Shown one piece after another: positions 49,421-62,640 of a stretch of DNA of 64,000 nucleotides. This stretch comes from Squalus acanthias (Eukaryota). Every line of letters starts with the position of its first letter. Position 1 is the first letter of the stretch. The notes beneath the pieces are model-generated. The model had not been told where the DNA came from, did not search any database, and worked only from the letters and a program-made list of their open reading frames with translations. The stretch covers positions 165,356,001 to 165,420,000 of the forward strand of contig CM059425.1 in assembly GCA_030390025.1 (NCBI GenBank), given 5' to 3'. Both the position numbers and the translations under genes were made by a program.

Positions 49421-50168
49421 TTTAAGTTTGTATGCAATGTGGCATGAATTAATTTATAAATTTGGTTTGGAATGTTTATTTTGTGTTGGCTTGTATTTTT
49501 GCATTGTGGCCAAGAGGACGATGTGATGATCAGTGACAGAGGGAAGGTAAGGAGTGTGGGAGTGTTGGTGAATGGGGAATTGGGGTTGAGCTTACTGGTG
49601 TCACACTTGAATTAGTTCTTCACGTACAGCTCGGGCAGAAAGGGGCTGTCTAGGTTGCAGCCTCCCTTCCTCTTCCTCCTCTTCTACTACCTCCTCCTCT
49701 TCCTCTTCCTCCTCCTCGTGCTCCTGCTCCTCAGCTTCTCGCCTGATAGCTGGTGGCAAGGGCTGTTCCCTCATGATGGCAAGGTTGTGCAGCATCCCAT
49801 CACAAATCTTGAGACGCGTTCAGCCGAGTACTACAGGGCTCCTCCAGAGTGCTCCAGGCAGTGAAATCGTTGCTTCACCATGCCAATGGTCTGCTCTATC
49901 ACAATTCTTGTGGCAGCATGACTTTCATGAGCAGCAGCGAGAGGAGCGGACCTGGGATAAAACGGCGAGAGCAGCGGCGGCGCTATAAAGAGAGAGACAG
50001 CGCGAACAGTGAGAGCAGCGGCGAGAGGAGCGGACCTGGGATAAAATGGCTAAACTCAGAGCTAGGAAACTGTAAATTGCTATTACTTTACTTTACTGAA
50101 TTAGTAACTTAAACTAGATAAACCAATTAATTAATAAAACTAAAATAATTGTTTTAAAAAATAATAAT

Positions 50169-51332
50169 CTCTCTTTTCTTAGGCAGTCCCTCGGAACCGA
50201 GGATGACTTGCTTCCACACTAAAAATGAGTTCTCAGGTGACTGATGAGTCCAATGCGGGACCTACAGTCTCTGTCACAGGTGGGGCAGACGGTGGTTGAA
50301 GGGACGGGTGGGTGGGGTGCTTGGGTTGACGTGCGCACCTTCTGCTGTTTGCGCTTGGCTTCCGCTTGCTCCCGGCGAAGAGACTCGAGGTGCTTGGCGC
50401 CTTCCCGAATGCTTCGCCTCCACTTTGAGCGGTCTTGGGCCAGGGATTCCCAGGTGTCGGTGGGGATGTTGCACTTTTTCAAGGAGGCTTTGAGGGTGTC
50501 CTTGAAGCGTTTCCTCTGCCCTCCTGGGGCTCTCTTGCTGTATTGGAACTCTGAGAAGAGCGCTTGTTTTGGCAGTCTCGTATCGGGCATGCGGATGATG
50601 TGGCCCGTCCATCGGAGCTGATCAAGCTTGGTCAATGCTTCGATGCTGGGAATGTTGGCCTGAGCGAGAATACTGACGTTGATGTGCCTAACCTGCCAAT
50701 GGATTTTCAGGATCTTGCGGAGGCAGCGTTGGTGGTACCTCTCCAGTGCTTTGAGGTGCCTGCTGTACATGGTCCATGTCTCTGAAGCATACAGGAGGGT
50801 GGGTATCACTACTGCTCTGTAGACCATGAGCTTGGTGATGGGTTTGAGGTCCTGGTCTTCAAACACTCTCTTCCTCAGGCGACCGAAGGCTGCACTGGCA
50901 CACTGAAGGCGGTGTTGGACTTCGTCATCAATGTCTGCGACTTGTTGACAGTAGGCTCCCGAGGTATGGAAAGTGGTCCATGTTGTCCAAGGCCTCGTCA
51001 TGGATTTTGATAATCGGGGAGCAGTACTGTGTGACGGGGGCAGCTTGGTAGAGGGCCTTTGTCTTACAGATGTTTAGTGTAAGGCCCATGCTCTCGTACG
51101 CTTCGGTGAAGGTGTTGATGATGGTTTGGAGTTTGGCCTCAGAGTGTGCGCAGACGCAAGCATCGTCTGCATACTGTAATTCGATGACAGAGGATGGGAT
51201 GACCTTGAATCTGGACTGGAGGCGATGGAGGTTGAACAGTTTCCCGTTTGTTCTGTAGATTAGCTCCACTCCAGTGGGAAGCTTACTGAGGGTGAGATGG
51301 AGCATTGCAGCAAGGAAGATCGAGAAGAGAAG
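50169..51332 (-). mobile_element. 5'-truncated RTE (BovB-like) LINE in the CR1 5' UTR
   Basis: ELQYADD, FPYLGS, LLYASETW, LRWTGHIIRM...RLPK, C-terminal CPTC...H...H zinc finger; 8-bp TSD ATAATAAT. Confidence 0.93.
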
Positions 51333-51394
51333 ATAATAATTAATTAACTAATCAAATAAATAAAGAAGGTTAGATATACAGGGCAGGGCAGGAC

Positions 51395-52339
51395 ATGGTG
51401 TGCCGTAACTGAAGCATGTGGGAGTTTGTGGAGACCAGCGAGATCCCGAGCAACTACATCTGCGGTAAGTGTCTACAGCTCGAGGAATGTCGGTTCAGAG
51501 TTGTTGAGCTGGAGTCTGAGGTGCAGACATTGCAGGGCATCAGGGAGGGGATAGTTACCTGGACACTTTGTTTAGGAGACAGTTACACCCCTTAGATTAA
51601 GTAGTACTTTATAGTTTGTCAATGGTCAGGGACAGGAGGGTGTGACCACAAGTCAGGAAGGTATGGGGACCCAGGATGTAGTGATGGAGGTGCCTCGGCC
51701 CTTGACTTTGAACAACAGGTATGAGATACTTGCTACCTGTGGGAATGAGAACAAGGACTGCACGGTGGATGAGCAAACTGACCATGGCACCATGGTGCAG
51801 GAGGCCATTCAAGTAGGGGGAGTGGAAAGGAATGTGATAGTAGTAGGGGACAGTATAGTCAGGGGGATAGATACTGTTCTCTACAGCCGCGACCGGGAGT
51901 TCCGAAGGTTGTGTTGACTGCCTGGTGCCAGGGTAAAGGATGTCTCCTCGTGGCTGGAGAAGAACTTGGAGTGGGAGGGGGAGGATCCAGTTGTCGTAGT
52001 TCATGTTGGAAACAACGACATAGGTAGAACTAGGAATGAGGTTCTGCTGAGAGAGTTTGAGGAGCTAGGGTCGAAATTAAAACACAGAACCTCACGGGTA
52101 ATAATCTCTGGATTGTTACCTGAGCCACACACAAATTGGCATAGAGGCAAACAGATTAGAAGGTTAAATGCTTGGCTCAAAGAGTGGTGTTGGAGGCAGG
52201 GTTTCAATTCATGGGGCACTGGCACCAGTCCTGGGGAAAGAGGGAGCTGTTCCGTGGGGATGGGCTCCACTTAAACCGGGCTGGGACCAGTGTCCTGGCG
52301 AATCGAATAACTAGGTCAGTAAATAGGGCTTTAAACTAA
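51395..52339 (+). pseudogene. CR1 ORF1 (zinc finger/leucine zipper plus SGNH esterase-like domain), disrupted
   Basis: CGKC, LESEVQTL, VVGDSIVRG, LPGA, VHVGNND, DGLHLN motifs. Confidence 0.88.
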
Positions 52340-52653
52340 TGAAGGCAGGGGGTGGGAGGATTCAGGAAAGGGTAAATTCAAAAGCAGTAAGAGAAATGTC
52401 AAGGCTGTAGAGCAGATCTGAGTAAAGATAAGCACAGTTGTCAGGAAGGGAGATAAAGATTAATAAAGGTAATAGGGCATTAGTGACTAAAGTGACATCA
52501 AGGAAAAATAGAAAAAAGTTAAAGTACTATATCTGAATGCATGAAGCATTCGCAACAAAATAGATGAATTAATAATGCAGATAGAAATAAATGGGTTTGA
52601 TTTAATAGCCATTACAGAGATGTGGTTGCAGGGTGACAAAGGTTGGGAACTAA

Positions 52654-53328
52654 GGCCTAAAAATTCGGTTGCTTTGTGCCTCCCGTTAAATGGGGCGCAA
52701 AGCAACTAGCGCCCGGGCACGCACCACCAACGCCTCCCGCGAAATTCAGCGGGAGGTTAGCGGCGGCGGTAACCATTAATGCCCCGCGGCACTGTGCCAC
52801 CGGCAATGACGTCATCGCTGTGCGCAGCGCCCCGGCCACGATCCTTGGTAGCGCCCCCTGACTTACCACTGGAAGCTATGTCCGCCGGGGTCAGGGGGGC
52901 CTACCTGCGGCCGGGGCGGCGCTAATTAAAGGCGAGGTGCCGGGCGGCCATTTTTGTTGCTGGCCGCCTGCCAGCACCTGCCCCCATTGCCGTCCCTAGC
53001 CTCCTGACCAGCCCCCCCGTGGAGTGCTGGCTGCGCTCCGTGAGCCCGGCACTTCTCTTGTGTGTCCGGGCTCTTTTGCCGGCACTCCGATCCCTGGTGG
53101 CCCAGCTGGGCCCCGGGTCACGCTGCGCAAGGCCCCTCCCCTTTAAGAAGGGGAGGAAGGCCTGCAGTACCACGGCGCAGTGCCCCAAGAGGGAGGCGGG
53201 GCGCTTTCAGTAGCGCCCCACTTCCCTCTTGGGGCGCTACCGATGAATTTCGGCCGCGGGGGTGCTAATATTTTTAGCGCCCTGGCAAAATTAGCACCCC
53301 AAAGGGGGCGCGACTCAATTTTTCCCCC
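52654..53328. mobile_element. Harbinger-type MITE (675 bp) inside the CR1 endonuclease
   Basis: TSD TAA; removal restores GGT TGG GAA CTA AAT ATT CCA GGA (GWELNIPG); many GCGC(C/T) motifs. Confidence 0.92.
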
Positions 53329-53534
53329 TAAATATTCCAGGATATTTGACTTTTAGAAGAGACAGGCAGAATGGAAAAGGAGGAGTGGTAGCCCTGATAA
53401 TAAAGGAGGGAATAAAGACAGTAGAGAGAAAGGATTTTGGCTCAGAAAAACAAAATGTAGAATCAGTTTGGGTGGAGCTCAGAAACAAGAAGGGGCAGAA
53501 AACACTAGTGGGTGTACTCTACAGGCCCCCTAAC

Positions 53535-54663
53535 AGAGGAGTTGGTGTTCGCTGTGGAGAGACGGAGGGCGGTGCTCTACCCAGCAAGTGGCAGGAGGCC
53601 CTCGCCGCAAGTCATCCGCGCCATGTGGAGGGAGGTTGCCCATCAGCTCTCGGGCATCACTGTGGTCCCCAGGACCTATGCACAGTGCAGGAAGAAATTT
53701 AATGACCTCATTTAGGTGGTCAGGGTGAGTGCATGCCTCAACAAATGCTACATACCACCATCTGAACCACAGTCTGCACACACTGCCCAAAGTACCACAC
53801 CCCCAGCACTCACCCACCAACAATCTCTACCTACCAACACTCACACCCACATCTCACACCTTGCACACAATTACAGCTATTCAACTATGGCAGGCACATC
53901 ACCGAAACACATTGCTCCACACTCACTCACACACTTTCCTTTCTCTTGTTGGCCAAGGTGGCTCACAATAGGAGGGAGCAGAAGCACACAGGCGGGGGAC
54001 AAGCTGACTCCCAACCAATGCCTGCGCTGGAAAATAGAGTGCTAGAGATCATTGGGTGCCAGGTGGTGGGCGCTGTGGCCACCGGCGACATTGACCCCCT
54101 TGGGGACAACAACACAGTCGATCCTGGAGGGCGAGGTTGACTGCCAGTACAGCCCCCATTAATGTAAGGAAGTGCAGCACTTTGATATTTTGTGAGAATA
54201 AATGTAACTAATTTTTAGTAGCCACAAAACTCCAGAGACTAAACAACCTTTAAATGACTGATTTAAACTGTTGCACAATGTCACACTGACAAGGAAGCAG
54301 TGAAACAGCACTAACCTGAGAGCTGTGACTCATTACTCATGATCCCTTTAAGTAGCGCCCTTGGAGCCGGCTACCAACTGCTTCAAACCTCCTCTCCCTG
54401 TCGCTGTCAGGGCGAGGCGCTAAGGCAGGGGGCGATACTCAATTTCACAGATCGGGTGCCCAGTGAGCGTTGCACACTCACTGACGTCACAATCTGCCTG
54501 GCACTGAAGTCCCTGGTGCTAACTTGTAGTGGCAACGCTACAGTGGGGCCGAATTTGGTATGCAACGCTGGATTTGTCTCGCTGCGGCGCTACTGCCTCA
54601 GTGCCCCCTTAGCGCCCCAGCCAGGTGCTGACTGGAGGCGCTAAGGTACTGAATTTCTCCCCC
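53535..54663. mobile_element. One-ended Harbinger derivative (Myb exons 1-2 plus terminus) replacing part of CR1 ORF2
   Basis: EELVFAVERRRAVLYP...QCRKKFNDL, AKVAHNRREQKHTGGG; ends CTGAATTTCTCCCCC. Confidence 0.85.
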
Positions 54664-56266
54664 TTGATGTCTGTCTTCACGGAAGAAGATGCAAAAAAAC
54701 CTTCCGGAAATAGTGGAGAACCAAGTATCCAGCGAGAATGAGGAACTGAAAGAAATAAGTATTAGTAAAAAAAAGTACTGGAAAAATGAATGGGACTGGA
54801 AGCCAATAAATCCCCTGGACCTGATGGCCTACATCTAGGTTTTGAAAGAGGTGGCTATAGAGATAGTGGATGCATTGGTTGTCATCTTCCAAAATTCCAC
54901 AGATTCTAGAACGGTTTCCACGGATTGGAAGGTAGCAAATGTAACCCCACTATTTAAGAAAGGAGGGAAAGAGAAAACGGGGAACTACAGACCAGTTAGC
55001 CTGACATCAGTAGTAGGGAAAATGCTAGAATCTATTATTAAGGATGTGGTAACAGGACACTTAGAAAATAATAATAGGATTGAGCAGAGTCAACACAGAT
55101 TTATGAAAGGGAAATCATGTTTGATTAATCTGTTAGGGTTTCTTGAGGTTGTAACTAGCAGAGTAAATAAGTGAGAGCCAGTGGATGTGGTGTATTTGGA
55201 TTTTCAGAAGGCATTCGATAAGATGCCACACAAGAAGTTATTAAACAAAATTAGGGCTCATGGGATTGGGGGTAATATACTAGAATGGATTGAGGATTGG
55301 TTAATGGACAGAAAACAGAGAGTAGGAATAAACGGGTCATTTTCGGGTTGGCAGGATGAAACTAGTGGGGTACCGCAAGGATCAGTGCTTGGGCCTCAGC
55401 TGTTTACAATCTATATTAATGATTTGGATGAGGGGACCAAATGCAATATATCCAAGTTTGCTGATGATGCAAAGCTAGGTGGGAATGTAAGTTGTGAGGA
55501 GGATGCAAAGAGGTTTCAAGGGGATGTAGACAGGCTAAGTGAGTGGGCAAGAACATGGCAAATGGAATATAATGTGGAGAAATGTGAAGTTATGCACTTT
55601 GTTAGGAAAAATAGAAAAGCAGAGTATTTTTTAAATGGTGAGAGATTAGGAAATGTTGGTGTCCTTGTACACGAATCACTGAATGTTAACATGCAGGTCC
55701 AGCAAGCAATTAGGAAAGCAAATGGTATGTTAGCCTTTATTACAAAAGGATTTGTGTATAAGAGTAAAGACATCTTATTGCAATTATATAGGGCCCTGAT
55801 GAGACCACACCTGGAGTACTGTGTACAGTTTTGGTCTCCTTACCTAAGGAAGGATATACTTGCCATAGAGGGAGTGCAACGAAGGTTCACCAGACTGATT
55901 CCTGTGATGGGGGTTGTCCTATGAGGAGAGATTGAGTAGACTAGGCATATATTCTCTAGAGTTTAGAAGAATGAGAGGTGATCTAATTGAAATATACAAA
56001 ATTCTTACAGGGCTTGACAGGGTAGATGCAGGGAGGATGTTTCCCCTGGCTGGGCAGTCTAGAACCACAGGTCACAGTCAGAATAAGGGGTCGGCCATTC
56101 AGGACTGAGATGAGGAGAAATTTCTTCACTCAGAGGGTGGTGAATCTTTGAAATTCTCTACCCCAGAGGGCTGTGGAGGCTCAGTCGTTGAGTATATTCA
56201 TGACAGAAATTGATAGATTTTTGGATATTAAGGGAATCAAGCGATATGGGGATAGTGCAGGAAAGT
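54664..56266 (+). pseudogene. CR1 ORF2 reverse transcriptase region, disrupted
   Basis: [50 protein letters not shown]. Confidence 0.93.
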
Positions 56267-57443
56267 AGAGTTGAGGTAGAAGATCAGCCATGATCTTATT
56301 GAATGGCGGAGCAGGCTCGAGGGGCCAAATGGCCTACTCCTGCTCCTATTTCTTATGTTCTTATGTTCATTGTATGCATGCTGCGCACGTGTGCGTGGGT
56401 TGCAAACTGGAGTCATGAGCCATGTCGTCAGTGAATAGTCTTGTTGCCCATGAGCCACCCTTTTTTTTTCCGTGGTGGCTGAAATACAGCTGGCACAGCA
56501 GACTGCCGCAGAATGAACACATCATGACTGCTGCCAGGTTATCAGGCATTCACCTGCATGATGCGCTGCCTATGGTCAGACACCAGCTGGATGTTGAGGG
56601 AGTGGAATCCCTTTCGGTTCCAGTATATGGCAGAGTTGACATGCAGCACCAGCAAATCCATGTAGGTGCAGTCAATAGCACCCTGCATCATGGGGAAGTC
56701 TGCAAACCTCGCAAACCCTCGTGCTCGCTCCGCCTGCTTCTCTCTGGCAAGAGGGAATGAAATGAAGTTATCTCTCTTTGAATAGAGAGCTTCAGTGACC
56801 TCACTTATGCAACAGTGGACTGCAATCCTTGCGATCCTTGCCCTGCTCTGAGGTTGGAGTTGTGGCTGCAGCAGTTGGCAGGTTTCAGTGACGATCTCCT
56901 TAGTGAAGCGCAGACACCTCAAATATTGATGGTTACTGAGGTTCAGGTAGGAAAATTGCTTGCTGAACACCCTGGGTGGATACAGCCTCCTGCTGAGAGC
57001 CCATTTCTCCCACCTCCTCCTCCCTCTTCTAGCAGCTTGTCGTGCTCTGCAAGGCCTCTGCTCATTCTCCCAGTCATGCTCAATTCCAAGAGGAGGGCCT
57101 ACTAGTGCACCCATGTCTGAGAGCAACTGGTTTGTGCAGAAGCCTTGAAGTCAGCAAAGAGTATTTTAGCACCTGCCACACCACTCCCTGTAAACTTTTG
57201 AAACCTGAAACAACTATGGAAAGCACCAAAAACTTGTACAATCATAGCAACAGCTAGAAGAAATAAACCAGAAACTAACTTGTAAATAATTGATGATCAC
57301 TTTAAATAGCAATGGTGAGGAATCCTTCATGCTGCTTAACGTGTGTTCAGCTATGCGAGGTTAAGAGAGGCCGTTGGCTGAAGCGTGGATCTCCAAAATG
57401 GCAGCATTGGCGCCAAATCAGCATTGCGCGCTGATTGATGTCA

Positions 57444-59195
57444 TAGAGTCATAATGGCACAGTACAGCAATCCAGTCAGTCCCATTCCCCCGCTATATCC
57501 CCGTAGCCCTGCAAGTTTATATCCCTCAAGTGCCTATCCAGTCTCCCCTTGAAAACATTGAGTGTCTCCGCTTCCACCACTTCCGTCAGCAGCGAGTTCC
57601 AGGTACTCACCACACGCTGTGTAAAAAATTTTTTCCTCACATCCCCCCTGTATCTCTTGCCCAAAACTTTAAATCTGTGTCCCCTAGTCTCTGTACCATC
57701 AACTAGTGGGAACATTCTTTCCCCGTCTAGCCTATCCAAACCCGTCATAATCTTGTACACACTATCATGTCACCCCCTCAACCTCCTTTGCTCTAATGAA
57801 AACAAATCCAGCTTCTCCATTCCCGGAACCATTCTGGTAAATCTCCTTTGCACCCTCTCAAGGGCCTTCACATCCTTCCTAAAGTGTGGTGACTGGAACT
57901 GGACGCAATACTCCAGTTGTGGCCTAACCAGCGCTTTATAAAGGTTCAGCATAACTTCTCTACTTTTGTACTCAACACCTCTATTTATGGAACCCAAGAT
58001 CCCATATGCTTTGCTAACCACTCTCTCAATATGTCCTGCCACCTTCAGGGACCTATGCACATTAACTCCCAGGTCCCTCTGTCCCTGCACACTCTTTAAA
58101 ACTGTGCCATTAAGTGTATATTGCCTCTCCTTGTTTCTTCTCCCAAAATGCATCACCTCACACTTCTCTGTATTAAATTCCATCTGCCACTTGTCTGCCC
58201 ATTCTGCTAGCCTTTGTATGTCCTGTTGCAGTCGATTGGTATCATCATCACTGTTTGCCACATCCCGAAGTTTGGTGTCATTGGCAAATTTAGAAATTCT
58301 ACTTTGTATTCCAATATCAAGGTCATTTATAAAGATCAAAAAAGCAGTTGCCCAGCACTGACCCTTGGGGGACACCACTGTCTACCATCCTCCAGTCTGA
58401 AAAACAGCCATTTACCACAACTCGCTGTTTTCTGTCCTTAAACTAATTCCTTATCCAAGCTGCCACTGATCCACCTATTCCATGAGCCTCAATTTTGTTA
58501 ACCCACCTTCTATGTGGTACTTTGTCAAACGCCTTCCTAAAATCCATGTAGACATCATCCATTGCATTCCCTTCATCAATCCTTCCTGTTACTTCATCAA
58601 AAAATTCAATTAGATTAGTCAAACACGATCTGCCTTTTACAAATCCGTGTTGGCTCTCCTTAATTAGCTTAAGCCTCTCCAAGTGCCCGTTAATTTTTTC
58701 CTTGATTATTGTTTCTAAAACTTTACCCACCACTGATGTTAAACTGACTGGCCTCTAGTTACTAGGGTTGTCCTTATACCCTTTCTTGAACAATGGTGTC
58801 GCATTTGCCACTTTCCAATCCTCAGGCACTTCTTCCGCATCTAGGGAAGATTGGAAAATTATGGCAAGCCCTTCCACTATCTCTTCCCCCAATTCCCTTA
58901 GCAACCTGGGATGCAAGCCATCTGGACCAGGCGACTTGTCCACTCTAAGCATACCCAGCCTTTCAAGTACATCCTGTCTATCAATTTTCACCCCTTCCAT
59001 TGCTTCTACCTTTTCCACTGCTACCGATATTTTGTCAGCATCCACCTCCTTAGCAGACACCGATACAAAGTACTCATTGAGTATTCTAGCCTTGCCCTGC
59101 GCCTTAAAGCATATATCACCTTCTTTGTCGCTAATAGGCTCCACCCCGCCTCTTACTACCTGCTTACTGTTTACATGCCGGTAGAAGATTTTTGG
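57444..59195 (-). mobile_element. 5'-truncated CR1 LINE in the Harbinger subterminal region
   Basis: KSPGPDG, YMDFRKAFDKV, KFANDTKL, RPQLEYCVQF; short repeat tail near 57444. Confidence 0.92.
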
Positions 59196-61934
59196 GTTCC
59201 CTGCTGCTCTGCATACTTTGTCAAGATGGTGTCCAGCACGCTTCACGTCAGAAGTGTCCGTGCAAGTCGCAGATGCCATTTTGGAACCCTAAGGGCATTT
59301 GTAGCGCCCAAACTACGGGCTATCGAGCCCAATTTCGCCCCCTAAGTTTCTTAAAAACTTGGTCAGACATCTTGTTGATATTGTTAGATTATGTGATGTT
59401 ATTAGGTGCACTGCAGGGTACTGAATAAACACTGGGTGGCCCAAGCACATATGAGTGTTAGATTGGTACAAACTGCTATTATATTACTGCATTAGGGAAA
59501 CAGCTTTTATATGACTGGTGCAGTTGAAGAATCTTTAGTTACAAATCTGTCAACTTACTGCAATGTAGCAACATCTGTGCTCCAATACTTTGTTATATCA
59601 TAACTTCTGAGAACGTAACAGCTTCTCAGAAAGAAAGTTAACTGGCCTCAGTGTCCAACCTTTCCACACAACAAATTCTGCTGTGATAGAGGATTGGAAC
59701 TCTAAAATCAAAAGAATCTAACTCCATTAGTGTTTATTTCAGTACTGCACATCACCCACAGCTGAGGGAGTGAAATGTTCTGCTCGTGTGCCCCACACTG
59801 CTCTTCTGCAACTGGATACAGTGATTCAGCCTCTGCTTTTCCCTGTCTCCACATTGGAATGCATAGCTTGCCACATTCCCATGACAGCATCTGCACGGGG
59901 CTTCGATAAGAACTATCTCCTTCTACTGTGCGACACAATGCTTGAGGCAAACACAGAGTAAGATCGCCTAGAGCTTTCATTTTACTAAATGACAAGCTGC
60001 AACCAAAAGAGAAGTCTATGCTGTGCTATTTTGAGAAATACAATAGTTCTTCATCCTCCCACAAAAATATCAAGGATTTTGCAACAAAGATTTTTTAATT
60101 ACCGGAATGAAAAATATTAACAAGATTTTGACCCTAAGGATATGTAAACTTATCAGTAGGCTTCAAGTAGCAGACTTCAGTATTATCATATTTCCTATAA
60201 CTCTTCGAAAATGCCAATCTTTGGACACAATCATAGAGTAGAATGGGCAACTGGAGGGCAAAATCACAAGAAAGCAAATGAAGAGGAAATAATTACAAAA
60301 GACAAACATTGTCACTTGGACCTAGTTCTTTCTTCAAGTAATTGATGAATTATTTCTTAGTCGTTATTTGGGGAGGATTTTGTGAGTGTGCACGTTTACC
60401 TGTGTTTAACACAGCAGTGACATTTCTTGCACAGACTTGCAGTTATGCACACGTTATGTATGTTGGATCTAATTTTTGATCTGATATAGGTCCTTGATAA
60501 AATGGTCCCATCCAAGAGTGCCATATTGATTCACCAGATCAGATCCAAGGTGTTTGTAGATGCAACACAGAGGTACGCTTGCCAAGCCGGTGCTACCTCA
60601 GGAGTTACATTGCGGCCTGTGTTAATTTTGTCTAACGTTTTGCTTACAATATTCTGAGTTTCTTCTGCCTCCAGTCCAAAGCTGGCTCTTTTTTCATGCT
60701 GTTTGTATGATTGACTCACAGAGTGCTTTGTTGTTGTTGTTACGATCTGCTGGCAGTGTTGAATACAAATAGCTGAAACCATTCCATCAGTGGGGTTTGT
60801 CACTTGGTATCAACTTCAAAAGCAGATCTAACTTTGCATTTGATCAGCAAGACTAGACATTTGAAGACTGTACAAAGATTGTAAAGTAGCATCACAATCC
60901 AAAGGCACCCTTCTTCACTGCAGAGGATTTTTCAAAGGAAGTGCCACTCAAATGTTAATTCATCGTAAGTGTGCCGATGTGAAATCCATGCTGCAATTTC
61001 ATTCTCTTTATTCCTGTGATCCAGGTTTGAAACTAGCCCAGAATGAGAGCGCCACCCACCCTCTCTGCTGGCTATGTATGAAAAGAGCTTGGCCAGCCTA
61101 CTGAGCTGTTCTCACTGCATAAAACTGCCCTACATTCAGCACTCATTGGCAATCTCACTCTGACAGACATCAGTTGTAGAGAATTTATGGCACAGAAATG
61201 CCTCATAGCTGACTATTGCAAGGCTGGAGAGGAGAAGCATTGTTAGAACATTATGCATTGCTACTGACGCTTGTCATAGCTGACCAATCAGTGTTTGATG
61301 TTAGCATGCTGCAAACAAAAACAGATTTTCCATTTCAAAATATATGACATGCAGCTTTCTAAACACATGTGCCCAGAGCATTCAAATCATTTGTAATGGA
61401 TATGTTATTTTTTGGTAAATTTTGTGATTACATATTGTACAATCTGCATTTAATTGTACAAGATTTAATGCACAATTATAAAAGCTGTTCTTACATTTAT
61501 CTGTAATAAGTTGACTGAAAAACATGGTCAGTAAGAATTAAATTATAATTTTTCAGCAATATATTTCAATAGAAGTAGTCTCTTCCTTTCTCTTATTTGA
61601 GCACTTTATTGTTGCAACTTATAAATACTTTCCAAAATAGCATTTTGTACTTGGGTACTAAACTATATTTGTGCAACCGAGTCTGTTATTTTATGCAATG
61701 TTTATGCTCATTGCACGCATGAAGAATTGTCTAAGGCCAAGGTACGGGAACGTGACAATTGACCATGGAACTCTACTCACTGGGATCTAATTTTGTGTCC
61801 AATGCAGCTTGGGAATGCTCGGTTCTAAGTTACAAAGGTGAGGTAAAGGGGCTGGAGACCCATGATGCTGGGTCTGTTCCTTTTACATTGTCCCGGAATT
61901 TCCAGCACTTCCCCTATGGTGGTGTGGAGTTCTT

Positions 61935-62640
61935 GGGCTAGAAATTCGATACATTTACGCCTCTCGTTAGCGCCCCCAGGGGGCGCTAATGGGGCACAAA
62001 CGACTTTTTGTCCAGCGCGGCGCTGCTAACGACTCCCGCTAAATTCAGCGGGAGTTTAGCAGCGGCGGTAATCAGTAGTGCCCCACTCCGTTGCGCAGGC
62101 GATGACAACGTCATCACCATGTGCAGCGCCCCTTTTTCGTCCCGCCTACAAAATTGTCCCGCACCTCCTGAATCTGCGTGGGGCGATGACAGTGACCGAT
62201 TCAGGGGGCGGGGACGGAGCGGCAGGAGGCTCACGGGGTGCTAACTAAAGGGGAGGTGGAGGGAGAAATCGTCCGACTTACTTGTTGTGACCCATTGCGT
62301 CTTTGAATGTGAGGTCCATGCCGCGATCTGGCAATCTGGCACTCCTCTTGAGAGCTGGGCTGCTGGTACGGCACCCCACTCCCTGATGGTCCAGGTAGGG
62401 CCCCGCAGAGTTGTGGGCTTGGGCCCCTCCCCTTTAATGAGGGGAGGAGCCCTTCCATGCGGCAGCGCCAAGTAGCCCAGTGTGTAGTGCTGCAGCACGC
62501 ACCGCCCCGATATTCGGGGTTAGTGCTCTAAGAAGGAAGTGGAGTGCTTGAATTAGCGCTCCACCTCCCTCTTGGGGTACTAAAACTGAAGTTCGCGATC
62601 GTCGGCCCTATTTTTCGCTGGGCGCTAAAGTTAGCGATGG
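61935..62640. mobile_element. Harbinger-type MITE related to 52654-53328; right end replaced by a CR1 3' tip (about 62643-62735)
   Basis: GGGCTAGAAATTCG start; 62025-62130 aligns with 52725-52835. Confidence 0.75.

Larger units (their letters stand above)
49929..56365 (+). mobile_element. CR1 LINE with both ends present (5' UTR, ORF1, ORF2, 3' UTR), itself interrupted three times
   Basis: TTCAT duplicated at 49924-49928 and 56366-56370; 5' 34-bp monomer duplicated; (TTCTTATG)n tail. Confidence 0.92.
49601..57114 (-). pseudogene. Harbinger transposase split by CR1: 5' part 57114-56371, 3' part 49928-49601
   Basis: MGALV..., GAIDCT, NRKGFHSLNIQLV, TWLMTPV..HAYNE | SHAATRIVIE, MLHNLA, poly-Glu; frame is continuous after removing the insertion; internal deletions present. 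Confidence 0.9.
47236..59342. mobile_element. Two-gene Harbinger (about 3.8 kb of own sequence) expanded to 12.1 kb by nested insertions
   Basis: 13/14 TIR GGGGGCTAAATTGG / CCAATTTCGCCCCC, TSD TAA (47233-47235, 59343-59345), convergent Myb and transposase genes. Confidence 0.9.

Noticed and set aside
53346..53715. In-frame endonuclease-Myb fusion protein
   Set aside because: The CR1 and Myb frames differ at the junction and the Myb exon contains a stop.
60531..60970. 90-aa minus-strand ORF and a possible 41-nt plus-strand exon (60924-60964)
   Set aside because: No recognisable homology; isolated splice-like motifs are expected by chance.
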